The notes under the pieces: generated by a model
The model's input: only the letters and a program-made list of their open reading frames with translations
What the model was told of the DNA's origin: nothing
Databases searched by the model: none
Part shown: in pieces, positions 25,899 through 38,149 of the stretch
Numbering within the stretch: the first letter of the stretch is position 1
Layout: every line of letters begins with the position of its first letter
Program-made: the position numbers and the translations under genes
Origin: Squalus acanthias
Taxonomy: Eukaryota
Direction: 5' to 3'
Assembly (NCBI GenBank): GCA_030390025.1
Contig: CM059432.1
Location: 132,868,001 to 132,928,000, forward strand
Length of the DNA: 60,000 nt

Positions 25899-26791
25899 GG
25901 GGGAAAAATTCAGTTGGTTGCGCCTCCCGTTAGCGCCTTAAGAGGGCGCTAATGGGGCGCAAAGCATCTAGCGCCCAGGCGCGGCGAAGTTTGCGCCGCT
26001 CGCGAAATTAACTAGACATTTTGCGGCGGCGCTAAACACTACCGCCACGATCTCCTGCGCCGGCAGATCATGACGTCACTCGAGTGCGCAATGCCCTGGT
26101 ATCGCCCCGGAGCGGATATTGAGTGGCGCCCCCTGCCTTACCGCCTGACGCTAGCAACGACAGGTTGAGGGGAGCGTTCTGCAGTCATGAAGGGAAAGGG
26201 GGAGCACTATTTAAAGGTGACCGCTTCCTGCCTTTTATTGTTGGTGCCATTTTTGAACTACGCATTCTGAGAGAGAGAGGGAGAGACATCTGGAGAGATT
26301 CAACGTTGTGTGAAAGAGTTTTGGGTACTGAGCAGCACTTTGCAGGTTCATTTTGATTTGCCATTCCCTGTATCGATTTAGCAGAGATTGTGGGGGCTGC
26401 ACTCTGAGCTCTTTGCCTGGTACACTCCATTGTTCTTTCCAGCACATTTGATGTGCAAGTCTCTCCAGGCCGAGATTCAAGTCTGCAATGAGCAGGATGT
26501 GGATGGAAAGCAAGATTAATCATCCCCTTTAAGAACTGGCCCATGCCATTGTGTGTGTGTTCCATTGCTGACTGACATTACATGAGCTTCGCCAGCGCTC
26601 TGAGGTAGCGCCTCGCTCCTCGGCCTTTGCACCTTAAGACAGGTGTGAAGCGCCTGATATAGTGCTGCAATCACCTCCAGGGGCGATAAAAGTCAAGTTT
26701 GCAGTCGGTGGCGATAATTAGCGCCAGGCGCTAATCTTTGCGCCCGGCCGATAATTGCGCCCCAAATGGGGCGATACTGAATTTCTCCCCC
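25899..26791 (+). mobile_element. ~890-bp Harbinger MITE
   Basis: TIRs, TSD ATA/ATA. Confidence 0.93.
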
Positions 26792-26835
26792 ATACATTTT
26801 TTTCCAAGAAATTAAATTTTTGTTTAAAATATTTC

Positions 26836-26897
26836 GTCACTTCACCTGACGAAGGAGCAGCAGCTCCGAATGCTTGTGATTTCAAATAAAACTGTTG
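26836..26897 (+). mobile_element. Penelope pLTR fragment, left part (the right part lies reversed at ~38252-38325)
   Basis: Matches 21707-21776; hammerhead core with GAAA>GAAT. Confidence 0.85.
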
Positions 26898-27257
26898 GGG
26901 GGAAAAATTAGGTCGCGCCCCATTTGGGGCGCAAATATCGTCTGGACGCAAATATTAGCGCCTGGCGCTAATTATCGGCCACTGACTGGAAACTTCACTT
27001 TTACCGCCCCGGGAGGTGAGTGGAGCGCTAAATCAGGCGCTGCACACCTGTCTTAAGGCGCAAAGGCCGAGCAGTGAGGCGCTAACTCAGAGCGCGAGCG
27101 CAGCGCAGCTGCTGCCAGTTAGCGAGGGAACACAGACACACTGGCGCCGGCCACTTCTTAAAGCGGGGGGGGCCAACTTGCTCCCCAGCCACACCCTGCT
27201 CATTGCAGCCTTGAATCTCGGCCTGGAGAGACCTGTGAATCCATTTTGCTGCCAAGG

Positions 27258-29077
27258 ATGGAGAGGGTGAGAGAACGAGCTCATCGCTTCACCGAGCGGG
27301 CCTTGGATGCTCTGGTTGGCGCGGTGGAGCGCAGAAGATGTATGCTGTTCCCTGAGAGTGGCAGGAGGCCTTTGCCACGCGAGTTCAGAAGAGTGTGGAG
27401 GGAGGTGGCTCAGAGCGTCTCCTCCAGGAGCATGGTGCCCAGGACCCATACTCAATGCCGCAAAAAGTTCAACGACCTCACTCGGGTCGTCAGGGTGAGT
27501 GGCTTTTTCTCAATACCTCTCCATCCCTCCATCTCAACCTCACTCTATGGCCAGAGGGTCTTAAAACCCCAATGCACAACACTCATCCAACACCTATGGC
27601 CCTTTCATGAAACACACACACACATTCCACACTTTGCATACAGTAAGGGCTATTCACCTATGGGAGGCACATCAGGCAAGACCATGGCTGCATACAGTAA
27701 GGGCTATTCACCTATGGGAGGCACATCAGGCAAGACCATGGCTGTATATTTACTCAGATGCTGTCCTTTTTCTTACAGGCCAAGCTGGCGTATAATCGGA
27801 GACAGCAGCAACGGACAGGTGGAGGGCGGCCTCAGCTGCAACCCCTCAGCGATCTTGAGGAGCGCGTCCACAGGATTGTGGCAAGCCGGGTGATCGGTCC
27901 CGTCGCCACTGGAGACGCCGACCCCGTTCTGGACAGCAATGGTAAGGTCATCACCTTTTTGTCCTCTGTCCTTCCACTTGTCCCTCACAACACCAGCCTT
28001 TGACACTTTCAATCCAACTTGCTAACTCGCTGCACTTATTCCTCCCTTACTGCCACCCTGTCCTCACGCTAAAGCCACTCTTGTACCTCCCTGATTTCAG
28101 ATGGTGATTCACCAGCTGAGGAGACGGGCCCTGAAGCTGCCACTGGGAGTGATGCTGCAGCCGAGGAGGAAGAGGAAGCCGGAGCATCAGTGCCACCCTC
28201 TCCCGAGGAAGCCCATGCCCACACTGGGAACACGCCTTCCCTGGAGGGGAGCAGGGGGGAAGGGTCTGATGAGGGTGAAGCTCCAGGACCCAGCGGGCTG
28301 CAGCAACGCCATGGGGGTAGGGAAGAACGGGGGCCTTCTCCCCAGAGGGAGAGTATGCCAGACACTCCTACTGCAATGGACGCAGAGGAGGAGCGGCTGA
28401 TCGCAGAAATGAACACCCAGGCGGTGGGCATGCACACTGAGCTCATGGGTGCAGTGGGAAGGGTGCCCGAATGCATTGAGTCACTGGCAAGGAGTGTGGA
28501 GCACTTCGCTGTAGCACAGGCGGATGCCACACTAACGCTTAGTGCTGCAATTCAGTCACTGGCTGCCGTGATCCCATCTCTGACTGCTCTCATGCAGACT
28601 CAGATTGAGGCCACGCGAGCACAGACTGCTGCCAACCTCGATGGTTCGTGCACATGTCCCCGGGGCTGTCACCGCGCCGCAGCAGGCCAGCAATCTGTTC
28701 TCCAGCAGATTGCTCCGGATGCTGAAGTGCTGCCCCGTGGGAGTGCCAGTGTGTCGGGCGAGCAGAGAGTTGCTGTCCTCTCTCACGATGACAGCATTCC
28801 TGCTGCCAACACTGTCACTTCTCCACTGCACTTGCCACCGCCTGTAGGACAGACTGCTGCTGCCCATGCAGAGTTGGTGCAGTCTGCAGCCGGGCCCTCC
28901 AGGCCCAGAACTGGTCGAGGCCGTCCTTCAGGGGCATCTGCAGTGTCAGGGTCTGACGAGCAGCAGCCTTCCACCAGCCTTGCTGCAGCCACTGAGGTCC
29001 CATTACGGAGGAGCAGTAGGGTTAGAAGGGGGGAAGTGCGCAAGGGAAGGAGATCACCCTCGAAGGGCAAAAAGTAG
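27258..29077 (+). CDS. Harbinger Myb/SANT-like DNA-binding protein (NAIF1/MSANTD-like), 3 exons: 27258-27494, 27779-27941, 28101-29077; 458 aa
   Basis: Exon 1 RFTERALDALV...WREVAQSV...RTHTQCRKKFNDL; donors AGG|GTGAGT and G|GTAAG, acceptors TTACAG| and TTTCAG|; 237+163+977=1377 nt stays in frame; basic C-terminus. Confidence 0.88.
27636..27743 (+). repeat. 54-bp tandem repeat x2 in intron 1 of the copy A Myb-like gene
   Basis: GCATACAGTAAGGGCTATTCACCTATGGGAGGCACATCAGGCAAGACCATGGCT twice. Confidence 0.95.
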
Positions 29078-29389
29078 GAGGTGTGACAAAATGCTGGTCA
29101 TTTTTTTATTAAAGGTCGAGGTTCATGGTCCAACTTTTGTTTAGTGTTTTGGACATTATCTCCAGGTTGTGAGAACCAGTTATGTTATTGACTGTTTTTT
29201 TGTGTTTATTTCTATGAGTTTGTCATGAGGAATTGACACACACAGAGTTTGTAAAATAAATAAGTTTCTGTATTCAAAATATACATGGTTGGTGGTTGGA
29301 ATTATTGGTGCCTTGGCCGGCTTAGGGGTTGCGTGCTGGGTTCATTAATGTTGTTAGCAATGGCAGAAGCCATTTCCACAGCAGGGGCC

Positions 29390-30550
29390 CTAGAAGCGGC
29401 TTGCTATTAGCCATTGATGGACGGCCCTTGCAGTTTGACCATTGTGGGCTGCCCTCCCGCCTTGGTGCTGCTGATGATCATCCTCCTCGTCCTCTTCCTC
29501 CTCTTCCTCCTCCTCCTCTGGTGGTGCTCCAAGGCCTGGTGGCATTGGCTGGGTCCTGAGGATTGCCATGTTATGCAACATGCAGCACACGACTACGAAG
29601 TTCGATACTCGCTCAGGCGAGTACTGCAGGGCTCCTCCAGAATGGTCGAGACAGCGGAACCGTTGCTTCAGCACGCCGATTGTGCGCTCAATTATGTTCC
29701 TGGTAGCTTGATGGCTCTCATTGTACCGCAGCTCAGCAGGGGTGTTGGGCGTACGGAGCGGTGTCATCAGCCAGGTGCGCAATGCATACCCCTTGTCCCC
29801 GAGAAGCCAACCAACTGGCTGATGCGGTGCCTCGAAAAGTTCTGCCACAGTAGTCTGGCGCAGGATAAAAGCATCGTGGCAGCTGCCAGGATAGTGGGCA
29901 TTGACAGCGAGTATCAGCTGTCTGTGGTCACAGACCAACTGAACATTCAAGGAATGGAACCCCTTTCTGTTCCGGAATTCCTCGGCATTCTCATGCGGAG
30001 CACGCAAAGCCACATGCGTGCAGTCAATGGCGCCCTGCACCATGGGGAAGCCCGCTACCCTCGCAAAGCCCAGAGCGCGGTCACGCTGCTTGTCTGGGGT
30101 CATGGGGAAAGAGATGAACTCTCGTCTCCTTTTAAAGAGGGCATTTGTGACCTGCCGGATGCAGCAATGCACCGCGAACTGGGAGATATTGGCGAGGTCC
30201 CCAGCAGCAGCTTGAAATGAGCCAGTAGCGTAAAAGTTGAGAGCCACTGTGACCTTCACTGCCACCGACAGAGACGTCCTGGACCTCAGTTGAGGCTGCA
30301 GATCTGGCTGCAGCAGGTGGCAGAGCTCAGTGACCACCTCCTTGCTGAATCGCAGCCTTCGCAAACACAGCTCCTCAGACATATGAATGTAGGAGAGCTG
30401 TTCACGATATACCCTGGGAGGGTAAGCTCTCCTGTACATACGCCTGTTGGCCCTCCTCCGTCTGGCCATCATTGCCACTCTCTCTCTGCGTCTCTGTATC
30501 CTCCGATTCAGCTGGAGCAGGACGACGCCCCCAATCAGTGCAGCCCCCAT
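29390..30550 (-). CDS. Harbinger DDE transposase (HARBI1-family fold), 386 aa from the first ATG (MGAALIG...)
   Basis: Uninterrupted ORF with GAIDCTHV, NRKGFHSLNVQLVCD, PGSCHDA, LLGDKGY, RNIIERTIGVLKQRFRCL, CCMLHN motifs and an acidic C-terminal tail. Confidence 0.95.
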   Translation of the reverse strand: MGAALIGGVVLLQLNRRIQRRRERVAMMARRRRANRRMYRRAYPPRVYREQLSYIHMSEELCLRRLRFSKEVVTELCHLLQPDLQPQLRSRTSLSVAVKVTVALNFYATGSFQAAAGDLANISQFAVHCCIRQVTNALFKRRREFISFPMTPDKQRDRALGFARVAGFPMVQGAIDCTHVALRAPHENAEEFRNRKGFHSLNVQLVCDHRQLILAVNAHYPGSCHDAFILRQTTVAELFEAPHQPVGWLLGDKGYALRTWLMTPLRTPNTPAELRYNESHQATRNIIERTIGVLKQRFRCLDHSGGALQYSPERVSNFVVVCCMLHNMAILRTQPMPPGLGAPPEEEEEEEEEDEEDDHQQHQGGRAAHNGQTARAVHQWLIASRF

Positions 30551-32240
30551 ATTCTCTTTGCAAGCAAAGTAATGAAGGACAGCAACTAAAGTACTAGCGA
30601 AGTTAGGATCAGTAGGCAAAACTACCTCACAAAGCGTTGAGTCAATGCAGAAGTCTCTCTTTCTCTCTCTCCGAATCTCTCTCTCTCTCTCAGAACGAGT
30701 GGTGCAAAAATGTCGACCACAGAAAAAGACAGGAAGAGGCCCCCTTTAAATAGCGCCCCCCCCCCAGCCCCACAGCGATTGATAGCGTTCCAGTCTTCCG
30801 CTCGTTGGATGCGCCAGGCGGTAAGGCAGGGGGCGCCACTCAATTTCCGCTCCGGGGCGCCACAAGGGCGTTGCACCATGGAATGACGTCACAATCTGCG
30901 CGCGCAGGTGGTCGCAGCGGTAAGTTTTAGCGCCGCCGCACAATCTCTAGTTAAGTTCCCGAGCGGCGCAAACATCGCTGCGCCCGGGCGTTAGCGGCTT
31001 TGCGCCCCATTAGCGCCCTCTTAAGGCGCTAACGGGAGGCGCAACCAACTGAATTTTTACCCCATGGATTTTTAAGGTCACATTAAAAAAACCTGAGAAC
31101 ATTACGAAGAATAAATAATGATAACCAGTAGGTCTTCAAGGATGGTAACCCTTTAGTTGAGGGTCTACTTGCCCTGACGCACTAAGTTCATCCATCAGTA
31201 GCACCTTCCTGTTTGATGTGGAAAGGCAATCTAGGAGGGAAAAATCTCCATTTTCTGGAATGAATTTATAGCCAATCAGATTAGCTCCATCCTCCCAGAC
31301 AGGGGCAGAGAGGCAGAAGAAAAAAATATTTTGAACCTTTTTAAAAAATGGGGTAAGGTTAGAAAAGGTGGAATGCAGAACAAGTTCGAGAGAACAAATT
31401 AAGTTAGAATTACAAAAGAAAGGGACAGAGAGCGAAGATAGAGAATGAGGGAAAAGCATCAACAGGGCAGGTGCGGGCAAAGATTTAACATTTCCATGTT
31501 TATTTCAAATTAAGTCTTGGTACTTAGTGGTTATCAATCCTGTTACAAAGCCAGTCTTGAGGTTTTAGCAGCTCCATTACTGTGATATCAGTGTCACTGT
31601 GCAAGATCAGGGAGCACAGGAGTTTCCTGGGGTCTGCCAGTCAAATGACTACTGAAAAGGAAGATTCTTGTTCTTTATGTAAATTGTGTGACCCCTGTTA
31701 ACACTTAGCTTTTCATTTGTCATTTCTCTTGTAATGTATTATATTTTAATCCATCGATATTTATTATTTTACTTTATTATATTCAAATTAAATTTCCAAT
31801 TTATGTTAGTTCAGATCTTTTAAAAAAATCTAAATTAGTTTTGGCGCTGATAAGAATGAGCAACCTCAGCAGTGGAGAATGGTATATTGCTCTAATTTTT
31901 ACATCAGTGTCAGTACAAAAATTCTTCCCAGGTCAGGGATGGTTTAGAAGAGAACCTCCCTGCGTGCTCAAGCTACTCTATCTAACAATGAACTTTAACC
32001 CCCAACACTTTAACACACACTTTCACATAAACTGAAATTCCAGCATCCTTTATGGCTCCTTCCACTCAGTAATTCCCATGTTTCACTTTTCTCGGCACAG
32101 AAGCTGTACCATCAACTTCAGTGCTGGTTTCAACCTTAAGTTCCTTTTTTCTGCCTTTTGAACTGTTGTCTCAGCAGCTTGTTTCGGTTCGCTAACTCAC
32201 TGTTTTTTCAACCTTCATTTGCTGTGTTTTCAGATTCCTG

Positions 32241-34034
32241 GGCTGCGATTTCGCCAACCGAGGCGGGTCCGGGGCGGCCGGGGTCAGTGTCATGGTCCCA
32301 GCCCGCTGCCTACTGCAGCCCGCACTCTCAAAGTGATTTTACGTTAATAGGGCTTGTTAAGCCCGCCCTGCGAGGTTCCCGGCCAATTAATAGGAAGCGA
32401 GTCTGATGACGTCATTTGATGACGCGTCATCAGCCGGCTTCTTTAAAGGGGCCATGTCCAGATTGATTTTGCCAGTTGTTCTGTCAGTGTTCCACAGCAT
32501 TGAGGTGCTGCAAACACTGACAGAGGTGTAGGGCTGCACCCAGGCTCTACCATGACTCCCTCCATATGCTTATAGAGGGAGTCACAGCACGCAGGGAGGT
32601 CCTCTTCCCTTCCCATGGGCGGAAGAGACCTCCCCTGGAGGTCAACGTAGCCTGGTTGCACATTGAACAGGAGGGCACAAGCAGGGATGTCGTCAGGAGG
32701 ACCAGGCTGCAGTGGCGCAAGCTTTTCAATGATCTCAGTAGATCACGAAACATTACTGCCAAGCCACACTCAACCTCATCCTGCTGTGCCACTCATCACA
32801 TCCACATCACTCTGCCTTCCCTACCCTACTCATGCACATCTTTACTCACACCAACTTACCTTGCACTTCCACCCATCCCTCTCTATCTGCATTATCAATT
32901 CCCCATCTCACTAGCCACCCCTCACACTCACCCTCATCCTACTGCAAGCATACAAACTAACAACACACAAGGGTAGGCACCTGGGTGGTTTAGCCAATGT
33001 TCATGTGAAGTTTCTGTTAATGTGTTGTCAAACATTGAAATCTATATTTTCAGCACTTTACCTTATTGGACAGATCTGTGCTCACCTTTGGAAGTTTCTT
33101 AGTGAGTTGCAGTGAATGTTGAGACATAACAGTATCCCCCTCCCCCTCCCCCCCCACAATTGTGATGAGTGTGAAAGGAATGGCTTGGGCATTGTAGGGA
33201 TGCTTTATGGTGCTGGTGTGGGGTGGTGTCAACCTGGCGCATCAAGTGGCAGCCAGGGTGTACAGCATCAAGTGAAGTAAATCTGGCCATGGTGATGCCA
33301 TCACTGGCCTCCCGGGCAGCAATGTGCTCGAGTGCTGATGCCCTGTGTCCTGTGCAGCATCAGATGATTGTGGAGAAGGTTGGTATTGTTGTTGGTGATG
33401 TTGGTGTACCTGGTGATGTTGGTGCTGGGGCTGATCGTGGAGGGATTCAGAGGACCAAGGTAAGATTTTTTCAAGGGCACCGATGTTGCTGGAATAGATG
33501 GCAGCTGAAGTTGAGATGACGGAAGCGGTCTGTCAATGGTGAGAGAGCTTGCTCCAAGGAGCTGACAGTGGATAAAGAGTTTACTCCAAACACTTCCAAA
33601 CTGCATAAAGCTCAAAAGTGTCTTCCAAGTCCTGAAGGCTGAAGCTTCTGACATTGGAAAGTGACCAGCTGTGAAATGGTAGCTTTCATACCACTTTTGC
33701 AGCTGTCACCTATTCACAGCAATGGGGAGACATGGAGAACCCGACCTACGTACCTGACGTGATCTCCGAACGACGTGAACTTCATTAAAAAAGTGGTAAA
33801 ATAGAAATAGGCTGGCAGAATAGTAGTTAACAAGCGTTTAACAAGCATTTAACTATCTTAAATGCCTCCCCCGCCGCTTGGTGTCGGGTCTGTTCTGAAA
33901 TCGCAGACCCGACACTTTGGAAACTTACATGGAGGCGGGTTCGGAGCGGGCTCACAACCCGCTGTCAATCATTTCGATTTTGACAGCGGACCCGCCTCAG
34001 ATCCCGCCCTCTGAGCACTGGCAAAATTGCGGCC
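32241..34034 (+). mobile_element. Non-autonomous Harbinger derivative with a Myb exon-1 remnant (~32520-32750)
   Basis: TIRs GGCTGCGATTTCGCC / GGCAAAATTGCGGCC; RREVLFPSHGRK...RRTRLQWRKLFNDL. Confidence 0.82.
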
Positions 34035-34946
34035 ATGGTTTCTAGCTGCTAGCATTCTTTTTCCTCTCTATTATTTTCTGCATTTCCAAATGTTCCCCTT
34101 CTCTTTTTCTCTGTGCTTCTAAATGTTTCCCTTCTCTTATTTCACTGTGCTGTGCACAGTAATGGGCTGCATAACCTAATAAGCGCTTCCTTTTGTCTAA
34201 TTTGACACTTGGCTCTGGACCCACTCTATCGCCTTCTGATATGAATCTCCTTCCGGACTCATCAGAAACGATACTAAATCATTTACACATAATTTTCTGA
34301 ACTCTATCCCTGGCATGCTCAACTTCTGTCAAGCCCGCCATTTCTACTAACTTGTTGCTATTACTACTGGTAGGTCACAGTGTCCTACACACCACGAAGG
34401 CTTTCCTTCCTGAACTGACTAGTCACGCTAACCACTCCAGTCCTAGGATCTTGCCTGCACCAAATAGTTTATAAAAGAATCAACTGTCAATAAACCTCCT
34501 GGCTGGCTCTCCAATTTTGTAAGATCCCAGAGGGACCTTGGTTCCAAATGATTCGAGGTTGAACCATACTGGGGACAGTGATTTCACTTTATTCAGCACA
34601 AGCAAGACTTAATACATTACAGTATTTGAGCAGAATTTATAGAGAATAACTGAGACTTGCATTACCCAGTTATCCTCTGGGTAGAAGAACAACTGTGAGT
34701 AAGCTGCACCCTGTGTCTCTTGTCTCTCATCTCATCTCTCTTTTTCTCCCAGGTGTCACCTTGATTCCTCCTGAAATCTTCGACATTTTGTGGCCATTGT
34801 GGCCCTTCTTGTACCCTTGAAAACCTATGGAGTCCTCCTGAACCAATCACTGGATGACACCCAAAACTCAAATTCCAATCATAAAGATGTCACGTCCGCA
34901 GCACCTTGGCTTACACAGGATCTAGTCTTATGACACCCTTACATAA

Positions 34947-35688
34947 TGGCCCAGAAATTGATCTCGCTCTGTTCCCGCGGGGGTAAGCCTTCCCCGCGAT
35001 CTCTCACCTCGCTTGTGCTTTTTCAGATCCAGCTCGCACGAACTTGATGTTCCAGACATCAGCCGGGCAGTGCTTGCGTATCCCACCGGCGTAGTGAATT
35101 CGTGCGAGCTGTGGGATCACGTGACTCAGTTAGAGCCAATGGCAGCACACCATCTTCCATTCATAAGTTTCACATACGTGCTGTGAAATCTATGAATCTT
35201 ACACCCCCCAAAATAACAGCTAAACCTCAATTAAATTAAAAAAAAACCCCATCACATTAATAAAATAAGTATAGTTAAATAAATTAACCATTTTAAATAA
35301 AAAATTAAATTTTTGAAAAAATTTAAAATCTTTTAAAAAGTTATAAAAATAAACTTACCTGTCTTTAAAGTCTCTAAAAAAGATATACCTGTAAAAAAAT
35401 TCAAAAAAATACTTAATTCACTACTTACCTTGTTAAAAGTGGGTCTTACTCCTCCTTTTTACATTTCTAAAATCTTCAGTACTTACCTGCGCGTCCAAAG
35501 CATGAAGTGCACAGCGTGCGCGCAGCCTGTAGCACGCACGCGATGCACCGAGGAACCGCCCCCTTTTCAAAAGAGCAATTGCCGGTTTTCAGCGCATGCG
35601 CAGGGCATGCAGAAAACCGGCAATTGCAGAGGGAATACGCGAGAGTACGCAGTGCGTACTCTCGCGCACCGGGATGAATTTTTGGGCC
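34947..35688. mobile_element. MITE with GC-rich ends and an AT-rich core
   Basis: GGCCCAGAAATT...AATTTTTGGGCC inverted termini; TSD not clean. Confidence 0.6.
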
Positions 35689-36267
35689 CATCTGTTTTTG
35701 AGCATCAAGACTCATATCTGGGGTAGTTATGGCAACACAAAAGCAACATGTCTCCATAGTGGAGAGATACATGCCCTTGCTGTTCGCTGTGAAAGGCCAT
35801 GTTTTTAATTCACTGCAGACATCATAACATTCCAACACAGTGACAGCTACACCTGACCTTGTTTCCCAGGCTAGCTACACTCTGTCTCATTCTTACTGTT
35901 GGCTAATAACCAACTTTCACCCACAGCCTCCCTATTCGACCATAGCAATCCTTTTCCTCACCCCAGGCGGTCTGGTTACAGCTTACTCACAGACTTTTAA
36001 TTATAAGCAAAAGGGCTACATGTCACATATAATTTTGGTTATCATTGCATACAATTGGTGATTACAGACTTCTACATTTAATTCTTGCACGTAATTATAA
36101 ATCCATTACTGATGATTATATCATAAAGATAAAAAACAAGTATTCTAAAAACCAACTAATCCTTGATAATCTTACAACTAAGAAGGATGGTTTTCATTCA
36201 TCAGTCTTGTTTAGATTCAAACTTTGGTCCCAGAGGTGAAGGAACAGTAAGTTAGCTCTTTACACCA

Positions 36268-36670
36268 TGGCTCAGTGGAGAACACTCTCGCCTTGTGAAT
36301 CAGAAGGTTGTGGGTTCAAGTCCCACTCCAGAGACTGGAGCACAAAATCTAGGCTGACACTGCAGTGCAGTGCAGTACTGAGGGAGTGCTGCACTATTGG
36401 TTAAACTGCCCTCGGTGGACGTAAAAAAATCCTATGGCACTATTTCAAAGAGTAGGGGAGTTTTCCCTGGTGTCAACTTTTATCTCTCAACCAGATACAA
36501 ATTATCTGATCATTTGTCATTGCTGTTTGCGGGAGCTTGCTGTGCGTAAATTGGCTGCCGTGTTTCCCACATTACAACAGTGGCTACCCTTCAAAAGTAT
36601 TTCATTGGCTGTAAAGCACTTTGGGACATCCTGAAAGGCGCTATATCAGTGCAAGCTCTTTCCTTCTTAT
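36268..36670 (+). mobile_element. tRNA-derived SINE, Deu-domain type with an L2-like tail
   Basis: A box TGGCTCAGTGG, B box GGTTCAAGTCC, CATTGCTGTTTGCGGGAGCTTGCTGTGCG body, GGCGCTATAT..TGCAAG tail. Confidence 0.85.
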
Positions 36671-38149
36671 TTCCAATAACGGGACATTATTGGCCAGGAA
36701 TCATGCACACTTGTTGAAGAGAGGATCCTCAATTCTCCTTTTTGCAACGTCACGTGATAAAATGTCTGTTGTAAACGCACAGCAACATTGTAATTGAGTG
36801 GAACTTGGTCACAATTTTCCCAATCTTTATTTGACTTCATTTTGTTTTAAATGACGGCAACTGATTGTTAAATGACAAATTTGCAATGGCCTTCAGCTGT
36901 AGTCAGTTTGAGTCAATTATCGCACCACTTGTGAACAGATTGAAACTGAATTACCAAGTGCACACATTCATGTACCACATAACACAGGAGGCTGAATGTA
37001 TCATCCAAATAGTTACTATAGAAGTTCCCATTTGTACATGTACAGACATGATGCATACTTTTTCCTGTGTTCATAGTGATATAACCTGATTTACACACGA
37101 GCTTTCATGTTCACATTACTTAATTAATTTATAGCTCTAGTTAGGTATTTGGCTTAAAGAAGGAGTTGTATCGACTTGTTCTGTCCCTTGGAAAAACTGC
37201 ACCTTGTTGATGGAGACCCATTTTTAAATTGCAAATGTATTCGGCAGAAGTTAATAGCTCACAAGACAAGACAGGTTCTCCAAATAAGAGTTGAATCATT
37301 TTTTTCTTACTTGCCCTTTGAATTTTTTTTTCCCTGAGCTGTTTCCAAATAGTCTCACAGTTAAACCAGTTGAAATATGCTTTCAGTTAGAGAGGGTGGG
37401 GAGGGAGGGAGGGAGTCAGCACATGAAAGAGAAAAATGGGTTAACATTTCACGTGCAATTCTGCATTAGAACTGTTCAAGGGCAGTGATAATTATAGAAT
37501 TGTGTTATTACCATAATAGTATTTGCAAAGAGAATCCTTCCCAGTCCGATACTTGGATCTATGCAACAATAGTTTGATGGAGTTTGCAAACTGTAAAACG
37601 GATTAGTGTCAGCTTGAAACATTCTACAAAAGCACACCATGTTACAAACTAATAGCAATAACATCACGCAATAAATATCTCAGTGTAGTGATTAAATAAT
37701 GGTGTTCAGACACGTGGCAAGAATACCACATTGATTGAAAGATCTAGAATAGTCACAGTTCAGATGCACTGAGTTATGCACCCGAGCTTGGCCCAAATTT
37801 GGACCATTAAATGACTGTCTCCCTTCAATTTTTCCCAGCAGCCCTTGGGCGATGCTAGGCCATCTCCTGAAATGTGATCCCCACATGCCAAGTGTTAGGT
37901 TTTGGGAGCTAACCGAATTTATTTGGATGAGCTCACCTTGTATTAGACCCATTTTCCTGCCAGACATGGTTAGTGCCCAGTGCGCAGCAATCTTGGCCCT
38001 GTGTGGCTGGGTCTATGTTATGGGCTGTTTCATGTCTAGGCTTGAACACGAGGGATGTTCACTTGGGTGAAGCACAATGAAAGCACCCGTGGAATGTGTC
38101 CCAGCAAGGAGAAGGGGAAGGCGAGGAAATTGGTAGGAATAAAATCACG

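Larger units (their letters stand above)
24660..26835. mobile_element. Older MITE-like element hosting the two ~890-bp MITEs; right end lost
   Basis: Begins GGCCGTATTTTGCG with a CpG-rich end; its AT-rich core continues across both TSDs. Confidence 0.5.
26898..31063 (-). mobile_element. Full-length autonomous PIF/Harbinger DNA transposon, copy A (strand given = transposase)
   Basis: TIRs GGGGGAAAAATTAG (26898) and CTGAATTTTTACCCC (31063); GC-rich subterminal TAGCGCC repeats; convergent transposase and Myb-like genes; near-identical to 38326-42524. Confidence 0.96.

Noticed and set aside
29414..30220. 268-aa antisense ORF (also 39167-39973)
   Set aside because: Shadow of the GC-rich transposase frame with no recognisable domain
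29390..30619. Domesticated HARBI1 / NAIF1 host genes
   Set aside because: The ORFs lie within TIR-bounded duplicated elements with derived MITEs, so they are transposon genes; the TTG-initiated N-terminal extension in the ORF track is also unlikely
31136..31480. Host exons from short ORFs here and at 14517-14758, 47127-47399 and 59803-59997
   Set aside because: No recognisable protein similarity and no convincing paired splice sites
34381..34935. Solo LTR (TGTC...GACA ends, minus-strand AATAAA)
   Set aside because: No TSD and no second copy; support is insufficient
36268..36330. tRNA gene
   Set aside because: The A/B boxes run into a SINE body and tail
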